This document shows positions 24,101 to 36,368 of a DNA stretch of 64,000 bases, piece by piece (the first letter of the stretch is position 1; each line of letters opens with the position of its first letter). Below the pieces are notes generated by a model. That model worked only from the letters and a program-made list of their open reading frames with translations. It was not told the DNA's origin and did no database searches. The stretch spans positions 124,001 through 188,000 of the forward strand of contig QPMI01000129.1 of the NCBI GenBank assembly GCA_004431415.1, given 5' to 3'. This stretch comes from Cyanophora paradoxa CCMP329 (Eukaryota > Plantae > Glaucophyta). A program made the translations under genes and the position numbers.

Positions 24101-27100
24101 CAGTCTCGACCAAGTCTCTGAACAGGAGCTGCAAGATGCACCTCAGCGGGACATGCTTGTTATTTTCGACGACTCCGGCGAGTCAGCTGCAGAATCCATT
24201 CACCGATTGCTTCCAAGAGAAAGAACGGATCAGAATGAGGACGACTCACCTGCAGTCGAGGAGGAGATGATGCCTGATGGCGATGCAGGATCCGGGAGTG
24301 AAGAATCGCAACAACCAGATGCAGGTCCAGCGCCACCTTCAGGCTATCAGCCTGACAAGCCAACAATTCAACTCGAGGCTTTTCGTGATGCTGTCAAGGA
24401 TTTCGCAGAAACAGAGCTCTATGCGTTGTGTTTCCCTACCTTGTATCCGTACGGACGAGGCTCGTACGCGGATGTACAGTTCCAGGTCAAGGATGAGTCA
24501 GCATACGTTGAGCACTGTCTTCGCTTTTACGACCAGCGCTTTGCACGGCATCCCCAGTTCCTCTTCTACGCCCTGAACGTTCTTGAGGTGAGCACAATCT
24601 GCCATTTCAGGCCGTGTCACATTTCAAATCCCACGGTTTGCAGAGGAAACGAGCCTGCAAGATTGCTTACAGGCTGGACAAGCACATCAACGAAGGGGGA
24701 TCTCCAACTCTCCGTGATCTGCTCCAGATCAAGACAGGGATGACCACGGACAAGGCCAAATCGATTTTTGCGCGACTGATTCCCTGGTTCAAGGTGTAAG
24801 TGGATGCACCCAAGAAACACTGGAACTTGTGCTCACTTCCAGGTGAACAGGTTGCGAGATACTGCTGCGTACTGGAAGAGTGTCAGAGCTCAAGTATTTG
24901 CCATGATCAACAGCTTGTCTCTGAAAGAAGTGCACACCAGAGAACCTGAAAACAATGGCACTCAGCTGATGCGGATTCTTGCAGGTCAAGGTTCCGACGT
25001 GGTTCCTGACGCTCTCAGCTGCAGAGATGTACTGGCCTGAGCTTGCCATCGCTGCTGGTTATGCGAAAACGAAGGAGGAGGCACGTGCCATGTCCAAGGC
25101 TGACCGTCTTCGAATTATTGCAGAGAATCCAGTTCTTGCGGCGGACCTATTTATGAAGAGGTCAGCCACCCACCTCTCTGGAGGATCAGAGAGTTTGAAT
25201 TTAAAGCAAACACAGGTGGTCGACCTTCTTGAATGTTGTTCTCAAGGGGCCTGCTAAGCCGCTTGGTGACATCAAGGACTTCTTCTGGCGAGTCGAGTGT
25301 CAGGTACATCGAAATCATTCACAGATCCACGGCAGTGAGATTGACTCATGATCACACCAGGCACGTGGAAGCTTGCATGTGCATGCGCTGTTCTGGTCTC
25401 TCTTGTTCTTTGCGGAGAGCAACTCGTGGGAGGATCCGTCCACGTACATACAGGACCCGGAGAAGCGAGCCAGTGCAGCTGCTGCGTTTGATAACTACGT
25501 CAAGGCAATGCGGATGTGGCAGAGCATGCAACCAGAGCACGAATCTGCACCTGGCCAGGATGATCATCATGGCCCAGAGACTGCCCAGGAGAAGGCACCG
25601 TCAACCCAAGAGGAGGCCTGTGAAGTTCTCACTCACGACACTCCAATTGCGAGTCTCGACGACCCCGAGCTCCTGCAATTTCTTGACAAGATCATTGGAT
25701 GCACCCACATCCACACCCATAGTTCAACATGCTTCAAGAAGCGTGAGCCAAGAACAAAACCAACCCAATTGCAAAGCACTCACTCTCTTCGCAGATCCGA
25801 CTGATTGTCGTTTCGAGTTTCCAAAGGAGTGTGTGGAGAAGACGGAGGTCATCTACGATGAAGAAGAAGGCCGAGCTGAAGTGCGAGTCCACATCAAGCT
25901 TCAGCGTGACGACCCGAACGTTGTTGAACACTCTCCTCTAATTGTTGTAATCTGGAGGGCAAATACGAATCTCAGGGTTGTTGTCAACGCCTACGGAGCG
26001 GCACAGTACGTGGCTGCGTACTCTTCCAAATGCGAACCAGACTTCCGCGTCCTCTTGGAGCACATCAAGTCCGCAGTCACCAACGGGTTCAACAACAACT
26101 CCTGCCAGAGACGCATCATTCAATCAGTTGGAAACACGCTCATTGGAGTCCGTGCCGTACCAGCCCAGATGGCTGCTGCGTTGCTGCTGAAGCTTGACCT
26201 CTACGAGAAGTCAAGAACAACAGTTCAGCTCAGCATACCCATGCCAGGGAGGGGTACCGTGTTACTGCCCGAAGAAGTGCCACGGCTACATCCAGATGAG
26301 GATGGAGACGTGCCTGCCACAGAAATCAACCCAGGAGCCCGAGTGTCGGAGTACATGAACAGACCTTCTGGAGTTTGTGAGATCAACGACCGAGGTGTTG
26401 CTTCCTCCAATCGAATCTACTACATCCAGTTACTGACCTCGACATGCAGAGTACGATTGGGACTCAATGGCCATCCATGATTACGCCGCGAACTTTGAGC
26501 GTCACTACGGGAAGACGACGTGAGCTGTGCTTCAATCTCACATCGTGATTAAAATCATTTACCTTCGCACAGGGCAAGTTGCATTGAGAACAGGACTGGC
26601 CACATCATCAGGGCAAGAACTCGAGAGGCAGTGGTTATGATTCGACCGTACCTTCCTGTTGACCCCGATGATGAGGATTCGGCGTACTCTCTTCTGTTCC
26701 AGCACAAACCGTTCCGCCAGCTGGACAAGCTCATTCCCGAGGGCAAGACTGCTGTTCAAGAGCTTGCTTTCCTCTTGAGCCCTGATGCTGGAAATCAGCA
26801 ATTGCCAGAGGCTATCCGGATCCAGATCTCTCACATGAGGCGGCTCGAAGACATGTGGCAAGAGCAGGCTGAAGAACGCCGTTCAGCCAAGGCACAGGCA
26901 GCTCATGATGCACGTGAACCGAGAGAGGACGATGATGAAGACGTGGGTGACATTACAGCCCTGTTTGACGGACCAGCGGCAACCGCGTCATCCGACGATT
27001 CATCTGATGAGGAGGATACTGTTCAGCGAGAGTGCAAACCTACTCGAGTCTCAGCTTTTGAATATCAAGATGCTAGCAAGTTCATTGCGAATCAAACGGA

Positions 27101-29063
27101 GAGTTTGCAGCAGCGGATCCGGGCAGACCTGGAGAACGACGCCAGCATGCACGACCCAAACGACAAAAGGTCCCAACTGGCTGTTTTCAGTCTGAATGTC
27201 AAATAAGGATGATTAATGCTTCTCACGCTTCAGCATGCGGGATCCTCGTCTTGCGAACGACCCAGGAGCAAATCTTGACAAGGATGGCCAGCGGATCATC
27301 TACGATCTTGTGTTGAACGCCGTGCTGGAACAGAATGGAAAAGAGCAGCTGATTCTGCTGGCTACAGGCGCGGCTGGAGTTGGGAAGACAGTCATTGTCA
27401 ACGCTCTTGTGAAGGCAATACGCCAAGCCGTTCCGTTTGACAAGTCGTCCCATCATGGTCCAGTTGCTGTCTGTGCGCCCACTGGCAACGCATCTTTCCT
27501 CATCCACGGCATCACGATTCACCGCTTTCTGCATCTGTCCATCGGCTCCCCTTCTGCACAGATGAGCGATCAGCTCACATCCGATCTCGAGCGTGAGATA
27601 GGGGATGTCAAGGTTCTCATCATTGATGAGATCAGCATGGTGGGTGCAAGGATGTTGTACTGCTTGGACCAGCGCCTTCGCAAGGCCCGTCGGAAGCCCG
27701 AGCTGATGTTTGGTGGCATCCACGTCGTTTTCTTTGGAGATTTCAAGCAGCTCCAGCCAGTGATGGACAAACCCCTTTATCAAGAGCCGGAAGCGATTAC
27801 TTTTGTAAGCAATGAGGCACAGGTTGAAGCACAAGTGCGTGGTTGCAAACAATGCCTCGACTTTTACCTCTGCTACTTACAAATTTGGTACAGCTCGGAC
27901 TTCACCTGTGGCGTCAGGCTGTGAAGAAAGCAGTCATCCTCACGAAGGTGTTTAGACAAACAGACACGGACGATTTGTACAAGATCCTTACCGTCATACG
28001 GAATGCCTCCACGGAGCAGTATTCCCACATCGTTCGCAAGTTGAACACGAGGGTGCTTCGGCCCGGAGAAGACATCCCCCTGGATGCCTTGTGCCTGGCA
28101 GCAACACACAAGGTCAAGAACGAGCTCAACTCAAGGCTTCTCAGCAAGCTGGAGAAGCAGGCTCCTCGCTCTCACCATGCCCGGGTCACAATCTTCGCGC
28201 ATCACCTGCCATCAACAGAGAATCCTGCAGACTTCAGCGAGCCAGTTTCAAGAGAGGATATGCTTGCCGACAATGACCACGGAGACAACGAGGTCAATGA
28301 TGATGTCCGTGATCTCGACCTCGACCCCGATCAACCTACACGGAAGCGAACATATAAGCGCAAGTTCAACACTGAGGAGAAGTACGAGAAAATGCTTCGA
28401 GGACTGCTGACTAAGGATGAGAAGTGGAAGCGGAATGGACTGCCTGCCGAGATCACACTTGCACGTGGAGCTAAAGTCATGATAACAAGAAATCTTAGCA
28501 AATGCTCATCGCTGGGCCTCACCAACGGAACGGTTGTCACGGTGGAGGACATTATTCTTCCAGAAGGAGCACCTGCACTTCCAAAGAACCACGACGAGAT
28601 GATCAAGGGCAGAGCAAAGTACAAGCCTCCTATTGTCCTTGTACGGATCCCCAGAGATCACTACAGAGGAGAGTCGTACAGACCTGTTCGCGATGACGAG
28701 GATCCTATAGTTCCAATACCGCCTGTGACATCCCGGGTCTCCTACTATGGTGAAACGTCTTTTCGACTGCAGCTTCCCCTTGCATTAGCATTCTCAATCA
28801 CGATCCACAAGAGTCAAGGGGCCACCTGCAAGAAGATCGTTGTCGATGTGGGGAATCCCTTCTGCTATGGGCAAGTTTACGTTGGCCTCAGCCGATGCAC
28901 ATCTCTCGACGGAGTCCATCTCCTGCGACCAGTAACAGTGGATATTCTGCAGAGATTCAAGGACATGCAAGTCAAGATTGACAGGGAGTACGAACGTTTG
29001 GCTCTGATGGACTCGGCAACTAGGGAGTCCCACTCTGAGCATCACGCCTGGCGACTTCTATAG
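21174..29063 (+). CDS. RepHel transposase: zinc fingers, HUH Rep domain and PIF1-family helicase (multi-exon)
   Basis: C2H2 FQCNFC...HVKEKH; CACC...LCSSC...GNCISY block; FPTLYPYGRG; motif 1 PTWFLTLSAAE; motif 2 FFWRVECQ|ARGSLHVH; motif 3 YVAAYSSK. Helicase motifs: TGAAGVGKT, IIDEISMV, FGGIHVVFFGDFKQLQPV, QLPLALAFSITIHKSQG, GQVYVGLSR. Confidence 0.93.
21451..22202 (+). repeat. Tandem exon+intron repeat (~130-bp unit, six exons) inside the RepHel gene
   Basis: Exons 21451-21507, 21580-21636, 21736-21792, 21866-21922 and 21997-22053 are each 57 nt; 22140-22202 is 63 nt. Each is flanked by CAG| and |GTGAGC. Confidence 0.88.
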
Positions 29064-29549
29064 TACTTAGTTAGCTAATTAGATCAAAACGCATCAAGAA
29101 TCACTCACAATCACACCATACCTCAAACGACCTGAGAGGGCCCACGAATGCAAAACATGTCAGATATGGCAGAGTGCCTGGAAGCTCGGGAGGTCGACTG
29201 CACCTTGGTGCTTTTTTCCAGCACACGGGAGCCCAAGCTCTAGCTCGGGGGGAAAGAATTGGGGGCTGCGAACGCCAGGGCCCGTCGGCTTGAGCTCATG
29301 AAGCGGGCCTGCATCAGTCCCGGAGTCCCCTAAGCCAATGAGTCAGCTAGATAACATCTCATCCAGACGAGAAGACAGAGCGAGAGGATAGCATACTTGT
29401 CTAGAGGCGCTGCAGATGAGATGATGCTGGCCTGCGCTCGCGGCGCTCTCGGGCCCGATTGGCTGCTCGTGCATCACCAACTGAAGCTTTCAAGCATGAG
29501 TGCGAGTTCCTGCCACCGCCGCGGCCGAGGCAGGAACAGGCAGAGCTTA

Positions 29550-30745
29550 GCATGCGCACCAGTGGAACAAATGCGATGACACTGTTCCGGCGCCTAGCGC
29601 GGTTCTGCGGCTCTCGGGAAGTGAGAAGGCGGCGGGCGCCGAAGCAAGTGCTAGCACCCGATGCGATCGAACCTGGGGCGGCCGGCGGCAAATGGTCTCT
29701 GGACCACTGCGAGCATGACGTACTGATGCGCGAGATTGCCGACGGCAGCGCGGCGGATCGTCGCGCGAGTAAGGCAGGCTCGGCGGCATGCATGTGTACG
29801 AAATGGAACTGGAAGCTCGCCGGGCAGGGCGAACGATCCCTGCAAGAGAGCATAGCAATTGCTTAGCTAGAGCACTTCGCCGAAGCGCCGAGCTCACCTG
29901 GCAACGCGGCGGTCGCAGCCGATGTGACGTGTTCTTTCAAACATCTAGTACAAGATCACCTGCGCTTCAGAAGTAAGGCAAACGTCTCGCGCAGCGAGTC
30001 CGAGTCTACGCGCACGCTCTCGGCAGCTCGCCGGGTGCTCCGGAGGCTTACAGTTTCAGTTATGCGTACCCGTCTGCCATTTCGCCCCCGACCGGGCCGT
30101 GAGGCAGCCGGCTGGCAGCACGGCAGCGCGCCATGCTCTGTTCAGGTGCAGTCTCGTCATGTCGGGCGTGAGTTTTAGTGCCCGCGCGGCTCCTCCGTCA
30201 TCGTGCGCACAGTCTCGCAGCGTCTAGCTATAGGCTCGTTCTCTCCGCGCGGCACGCCGCGCGCCGCGCGGCACCGCAGGGGCTCTCATCGGCTCTTCCG
30301 GAGCACCCGGCGAGCTGCTGACAGCGTGCGCGTAGACTTGGACTCGCTGCGCGAGTCTAGATGTTTGAAAGAACACGTCACATCGGCTGCGACCGCCGCG
30401 TTGCCAGGTGAGCTCGGCGCTTCGGCGAAGTGCTCTAGCTAAGCTATTGCTATGCTCTGTTGCAGGGATCGCTCGCCCTGCCCCGCGAACTTCAGGCTCC
30501 ACTTCGGTCGTGCCGCCGAGCCTGCCTTGCTCGCGCGACGGCCGCCGCGCCGCCGTCGGCATTATAGCGCATCGTTAAGCCCTGTTCGCAGTGCGCATCG
30601 GTCGATCTGCCTCCGGCCGCACCAGGTTCGATCACATCAGCATCGGCTTTTGTGCACGCCGCCGCCGCCTTCTCACTTCCCACGAGCCGCAGCACCGCGC
30701 TTCGCGCCTCATCAGCATCATCGCATCTGTCCTGCTGGTGCGCTT
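29550..30745. repeat. Long imperfect inverted repeat (arms ~29550-30044 and ~30297-30745) within the Helitron
   Basis: For example, gcttagctagagcacttcgccgaagcgccgagctcacctggcaacgcggcggtcgcagccgatgtgacgtgttctttcaaacatctag (29861-29948) is present exactly inverted at 30357-30444. The outer parts are more diverged. Confidence 0.92.
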
Positions 30746-31285
30746 CCTGTCCTCTGCTCGTCCAAAATGCAGATCGTATTTCACATAGCTAACTCATTGT
30801 CTTCGGTTACAGCTAGCGCTGCAGGCCGATTCGGGAGCTCAAGCCAACAAGCCCTCCCGTTCTTCGGCCTCACTTCACTGTCTAGCATCTAGAGCTACGC
30901 CTCATGTGCGCTGAACAAATGCACCAACTTGGCAAGGTAGATTCGAGCTTCGGATCTTCTAGGCACGTTCTTCCTGCTCAGAACTTAGAGGTCCTTCCCC
31001 TCCAACAGGGCCACTGCAACAGCAGTGTCCCTGTTCCGTTCATATTCTTTAATGAAAATTACTCCAAAACAATGCGGTTCAAAAACCAAGACGTCGACGA
31101 CAAATACTACGTAGAATACTACTGATACTACTAATACTACCGTAGCCTTGTAGAATACTGAAGACCAGTGGACAAGAGAGATGTCAGACACAATAACACA
31201 CAACTGCCGTGCCACGGTGCGGCAGAAACGTTAGATAATGTTATTTATGTAAGGAAAGTGTCGAAAATATTAATCATGATCACTG

Positions 31286-34200
31286 CTACAAGATGTTGTC
31301 GAATAAGCCGCGGCTGAGGCCGCGGACGCGGGAGAAGGTGAAGACGAAGGCGGAGAGGGTGAAGGAGGCGATGACTCTTAGGGTGTTCATGTCGGCGCGG
31401 ACCCCGACGACCGTCTCCGGGTGCAGCCGGTGGTCCCGCGCGATGTGCTTCTCGCACAGCGCTGCGCCCCGTGCACGTGCGCCCCCGCCGCACACCGACG
31501 TCAGGCGAGCTCGTGGGAAGACGAGTGGAGGGTTAATGAGTGTGCTGCATGCGCACCGATGTGGCGGAGGCAGGGGCAGCGGATGAGGGGCTCGCGGCAG
31601 AGGGGGCAGGCCGATGCGACGGCCTTGGGGACGAGGGTGCGGAAGCGCGCGAGGGGCCCGCGCCGCGCCGTGTCCCGCGCCGTCGCCAGCGAGGCCGGCG
31701 GGGTGAAGACGGCGAGGGCGCGCGCCCCGGCCTGGCGGCGCCGCGGGCGGCGGCGCGCGGTGAGCGCGGGGAGGCGCGGGCTGGGGCCGAGCATAGGCCT
31801 CGGGGCGCCTCGTGGTCATGATCACCTGGGAGGCCTCCTCGAGGCGCATGTTGAGGTGGGAGAGGAAGAAGCGGTGCTGGAAGACGAGCTGGTTGCAGCG
31901 CGCCGCGAAGAAGGCGCACACCACCAGGCACGTCCCGAAGAAGCCCAGGTCCAGCAGGCACAGCACGTAGAACATCTCCGCGGCGGTCAGCGCGACGATC
32001 GCGAGGCGAGGGGGGAAGGCGGGGGGGGGGGGGGGGGGGGGGGGAAGGAGAACCTGGGGTACGGCGCGGCCGGCGGAGGGGGAGACGGAGGCGTACAGGA
32101 CGAAGGCAAGCTGCCCCGCGAGAAAGACCGCCACCCTGGAGAGGTATGAGCATGCGGAGGGTACATGCGCGGGGGTAGGCACATGGAGAGGAAGATGGCG
32201 AGGCGGATGGTGAAGCGCCAGCCCAAGTGGCAGACGACCTGCCGCAGCCGCGCCTGCGGGGGGTGCGCTGTGAGGGCGCGAGGGGAGCGGAGGGGGCTTG
32301 GGGGGCGGGGGCGCGCGCCCAGGAGAGGATGTTGGAGGGGGAGAGGAAGTCGAGCTGCAGGGCCGCCGCCCCCCTCCGCCGCGGGTGCCGCGCCCCCTGC
32401 CACGCCGGAGCGTCAGGAAGGAAGGGGGTGGGGGATGAAGGGGGACTGGAGGGGTACGGGGGCACCGGGGCGGCGTACTTCTCGTCGAGCTCGTCGTCGC
32501 CGAAGTGCTCGAGGCAGAAGATCTCGCCGGTGGCGCGGAGCCAGCGGAGGCGCCGCCGCGCCTGCGTCACTGCCACCAGCGCCAGCGGCACGATGAAGAA
32601 GAACATCACGAAGAAGCCGCCCATGATCATGCACCTGCCGGCGCCTGAGGGGGGCGCTCGGGGCGGGGCGGGGGCGGGGCGGGCACGTGGCGATGAGCTT
32701 GAGGCGCCAGGACTGGTCCCAGAGGGGCGGCTCCGCGTGCTCCCCCTCCCGATCCAGGATGAAGTACGGCAGGCTCACCTGCACTGCTCCCGCCCCACGG
32801 CCTCAGCCCGGGACGTCACGGGCTCGGGCTCCAGGTCTACGCTGGGCGCACGGGTGGTGACGACGGCGCGGACGACGGTGTTGAGGGAGGCGCCGGCGGC
32901 GCGCGTGAGGGCGGAGAGGAGGCCGCGGCGGCCCCGGGGGCCGGCGTGCGCGGCCCGGAAGCGGTCCCGCTCCGCGTCGCTGCTCTCGAGGAGGAGCTGG
33001 AGGAGCCAGAGGTGCAGCGGCACGCGCACCGCCGTCCCGCACTGCTTGCCTGCCCCCCGAACCCCTCAGGGGGAGCGGGGGCGGCGGGGGCGGGGCGGGG
33101 GCACCGTCGCGGACGCGGGGGACGGCGCGGATCTGGGCCCCCATCTCCGGGAAGGCGAAGAGGGCGAGCCGCAGCGCCCGCCGCACCTGTTTCGTGATGA
33201 GGAGCGGGGGGAGGGCGGAGGGCGCTAGAGAGCTCGAGGGACTGGAGAGCTAAACAGGGGCACCTCGGCGAGGGAGTTGCGGAAGTAGAGGGGCAGGGAG
33301 ACGTCGACGCGGACGCGCGCGCACGTCTCCTCGATCTGCGCCCGCGCCGTCCCCGCCTGCCCCGCCCCTCAGATCTCGAGGGGCCCCCCGCGCCGTCTCC
33401 GGGCGGGGCGGGGGGCGGACGCGGAGGGGTAGCCAGCCGAAGAGGAGCTCCTCGGAGCGCGTGAACTCGACGGGGATCGCCCCCTTCAGCGACTGCGCGT
33501 ACAGGTACCGCGGCCGGTACCCGTACTGGAGGCCGGCAGCATCAGATCGGGGTGGAGTTTGCGGGGGGGCGGGGGGGCGGGGGCACCTTGACGGCGACCA
33601 TGACGGCGCGGATGAGGAGCATGGCGCAGAAGCAGACGAACTCGGCCCCCTTTAGGAAGCGCTCCCGCGGCTCCCTGCCCTCTCCCCCGTCACACAGGGA
33701 GGGCGGGGCGGGGCGGGACGGGGCGGGGCGGGGCGCGCAGGAGGAGGAAGTAGAGGGCGACGGCGGGGAGGCCCCCCGTGCTGTGGCTCATCCAGATGGC
33801 GGGCACCATCCAGTAGGCCCCCACGAAGTGCCGCTGACGGAGGGCCCGCCAGCCGTGGGCGAACCAGAGGAAGGGGAGCGAGAGGGGGAAGAAGACGAGG
33901 ACGAGGAGCTCCCGCAGCAGCTGGCCCCACGAGAGCTGCCCGCCCGCGCCTCGTTAGACGGGCTCACGGGATAGAACAGGGCGGGGGCGGACGGAGATGG
34001 AGAGCTTGACGCGGAAGGACTTCTCGAGCTTGCGCTCGCGGTCGCAGCCGTCCTCGCCCCCGCTCGTCGCCCCCGCCGAGCGCGCCCCGCTCCGCCCCGA
34101 GTCGGAGCCGTCCTCCGCGTCCGTCGGCAGCAGCGCCACCGTCGCCGCCGAGCCGGCCGGCGTCAGCGCCGGCGTCGACGCCCCGCTCCCCTCCGCGGCC

Positions 34201-35111
34201 GCCTTGCGCGCGGCGGCGCCCCAGGGCCAGAGGCGCCTGGCGGCGGGGCCGGGGCGGAGGCGGCCTTGGCGAGTGAGATGTCGGGGGCGGAGGCGGGGGC
34301 GCGGGCGGGGCCTGCGCGCCCCGCCTCGGCGGCCTCGGCGAGGGCGGCCGCCTCGGCCTCGGCCTCGGCCTCGGCGTCGGGGTCGTCGGGGTCGGTGGCG
34401 AGGAGCACGGGGGCCGGCGCGGGGCGGCGGAAGGAGCGCTGCCTGAAGGAGCGCTGCTTGAAGGAGCCGCTCCGCGAGCTGCCCCGCTGCCTCCCGGCCC
34501 CCCGCGCCCGCCCCCGCCGGCGCCGTCCGCGCCGAGGCCGAGGCCGCGGAGGCGAGCGGGAAGGCGGCGAGGCGGGAGCGGGCGGGGCGCCCGGCTGCGC
34601 CCGCCCCTGGCTCGGGGTCGGGCTCGGGGTCGGGGAAGATGGGGGCGGAGCCGTCGAGGGAGATCTGCAGCGGCCCCGCCTCCGCCCCCGCCTCCTCCAG
34701 CGGCAGCCGCGGCACCGCCCCCGGCCCCGGCCCCGGCCCCGCCTTTTCCTCTTTCTTGGAGCCCCGAGGGGCCGGAGAGGAGGGGAGGGACGGCGGGGCG
34801 GGGCCCGGGGCCGGGGCCTCCTCGAGCTCCGGCAGGTAGCCGGGGAGGGTGCGGGAGGCCGGCCGGGGCCCCGGTGCCAGCGCAGGCGTGGGCGCGGGAT
34901 CGACAAAGATATCCGAGGCGGCGTCGCCCCAGCCGCGCGCGCTCGCGATGTGCAGCTCGCCGCCGGCCGGCGCCGGCGCAGGCAGGACGGGCCCCCGCAG
35001 GCTGAGCAGCGGGTGAACGACGGGCACGACAACCGGCTCAAGCTCGAGCTCCGAATCCGCGAGCGGCCCCGCCTCGCCCCCGCTCAGCGGCCTCGGCTCC
35101 AGGCCGGCCAT
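31286..35111 (-). CDS. Multi-pass membrane protein, PHTF / 7TM ion-channel (gustatory-receptor-fold)-like
   Basis: A long disordered N-terminus is followed by about seven hydrophobic segments. LDFLSPSNILSW|ARLRQVV and C-terminal HPETVVGVRADMNTLRVIASFTLSAFVF resemble PHTF blocks NIKMWLSLRSYL and PFRLYGLTMNP. The family call is by eye. Confidence 0.55.
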
Positions 35112-36368
35112 TGGGGCGGCGGCGCCCCGAGGCTTACGCGACAGCGCCCCCACAGCTGCAGCGGGGGCCTCGAGGCTCGAGCTCCCGCCCGCGACCGCAC
35201 AGCGGAGCTGGGCCTGAACTGGCTCGGGTCAAGCGTTGCCTCGGGCGCTGGGCTACAGTGTGCTCAACGTCCCGCGGCCGCGCCGACGGCCGCGGCTGCC
35301 GATGCTGAACGCCTCGAATGCTACAGGACCCAGGACCAGGACCAAATGCATCGGACTGCGGGATAGCTGCACATGACGGAAGGCTCCGTCGGAAACGATG
35401 GCGAGATCGACGGCAAAGGATGGGCGCCGGACGACGCTGCGTGAGCTTGCGTCTTAAGCTTGGCCAGCCGTTGGAAAGATAGCTATAGCCTCACTGAGTC
35501 AGCAGATTATTGCTGCACTGCCTGCGCATGCATATAGATGCGCGCGCGCGCTGCGCACATGCATCTGCTCGATCGCCGGACGTCCGACGCGATGGTCGAT
35601 GCTGCGGAGCTGGAGGGATCGCGGAGCTGATCGAGGCTACAGCTGAGAGCTAGGGTTGCGGTCAGAAAAAATGCTGCAGGCGGCTTGCCGCCAAGTCGCA
35701 CTGGCTTGGCGTTGCGGTTTGCACTGTTTTTGTCATTTTTGCCGGATGTTGATTGGACATCAATCGCCAACCGCCGTTTGATTGGCTGCAAACTGATTTT
35801 AGTCTGTACCCAGATTAGCGGCTTTTGCTTGGGCCCAACTTGCCGCCCAAGGTCAAGCTCAGCTGGACTCAAAGCTGTGGTGCTCGTGCGGCTTGCGTGG
35901 TGGGCACCGTACTACCCCGTACCCCGTCGTTGAACCGGTACCTACCAGCTAGCAGCCTATAGCTAGTAGCAGGCTGCGCGACGTCGACAGCGCTAGCCGC
36001 TGAGCCGAGCTCGAGCGATGAATCGGATGACAACAACGGCCCACGGTCAGCTCGAGATGAGCTCGGATGAGCTCGAGCGAGTCGGCTCTTGTCCGACGTC
36101 GACGGTCATCATGGCATGATCATGCACGTGCACGCAGGCGAGCGGTCATCGGTTCGTACGCGTACTACGGTACCGGATGCTGGTGTTCCATGTAGATTTC
36201 GTATACGTTGTTATTAGAATTACACTAGATTTGGCAGAATTACACACTAGTACTGGGGGTTTACACTCGTTACACTCACTCTAACTACCGTAGTACCTGT
36301 CGATCACTACATGGATCACTGCACGAAGAAAGCACGAAAACAGCCTTAAGAAGAAGCACATACATGGA

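Larger units (their letters stand above)
20751..31039 (+). mobile_element. Helitron2/Helentron-type (group 2 Helitron-like) rolling-circle transposon, apparently full length
   Basis: The 5' sequence GGGGAAGGACCTC (20752-20764) is the perfect inverse of GAGGTCCTTCCCC (30988-31000). There is a 5' hairpin at 20752-20771 and a 3' hairpin AACAGGG-C-CACTGC-AACA-GCAGTG-T-CCCTGTT at 31004-31035. Both junctions carry TT, no TSD is present, GC is lower than the host, and the element encodes RepHel. Confidence 0.9.

Noticed and set aside
29459-30695. Similar peptides encoded by the two fold-back arms (IEPGAAGG..HCE)
   Set aside because: The similarity follows from DNA identity; indels break the frame and no domain is recognisable.
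20361-31184. 10-bp direct repeat AGAGAGATGT (20361 and 31175) as the TSD of a larger element
   Set aside because: There are no terminal inverted repeats inside it, so it may be chance. It cannot be fully excluded without an empty site.
31204-31225. Hairpin CTGCCG...CGGCAG as the Helitron 3' end
   Set aside because: It has no matching sub-terminal inverted repeat or CTRR end. The IR plus hairpin at 30988-31035 fits far better.
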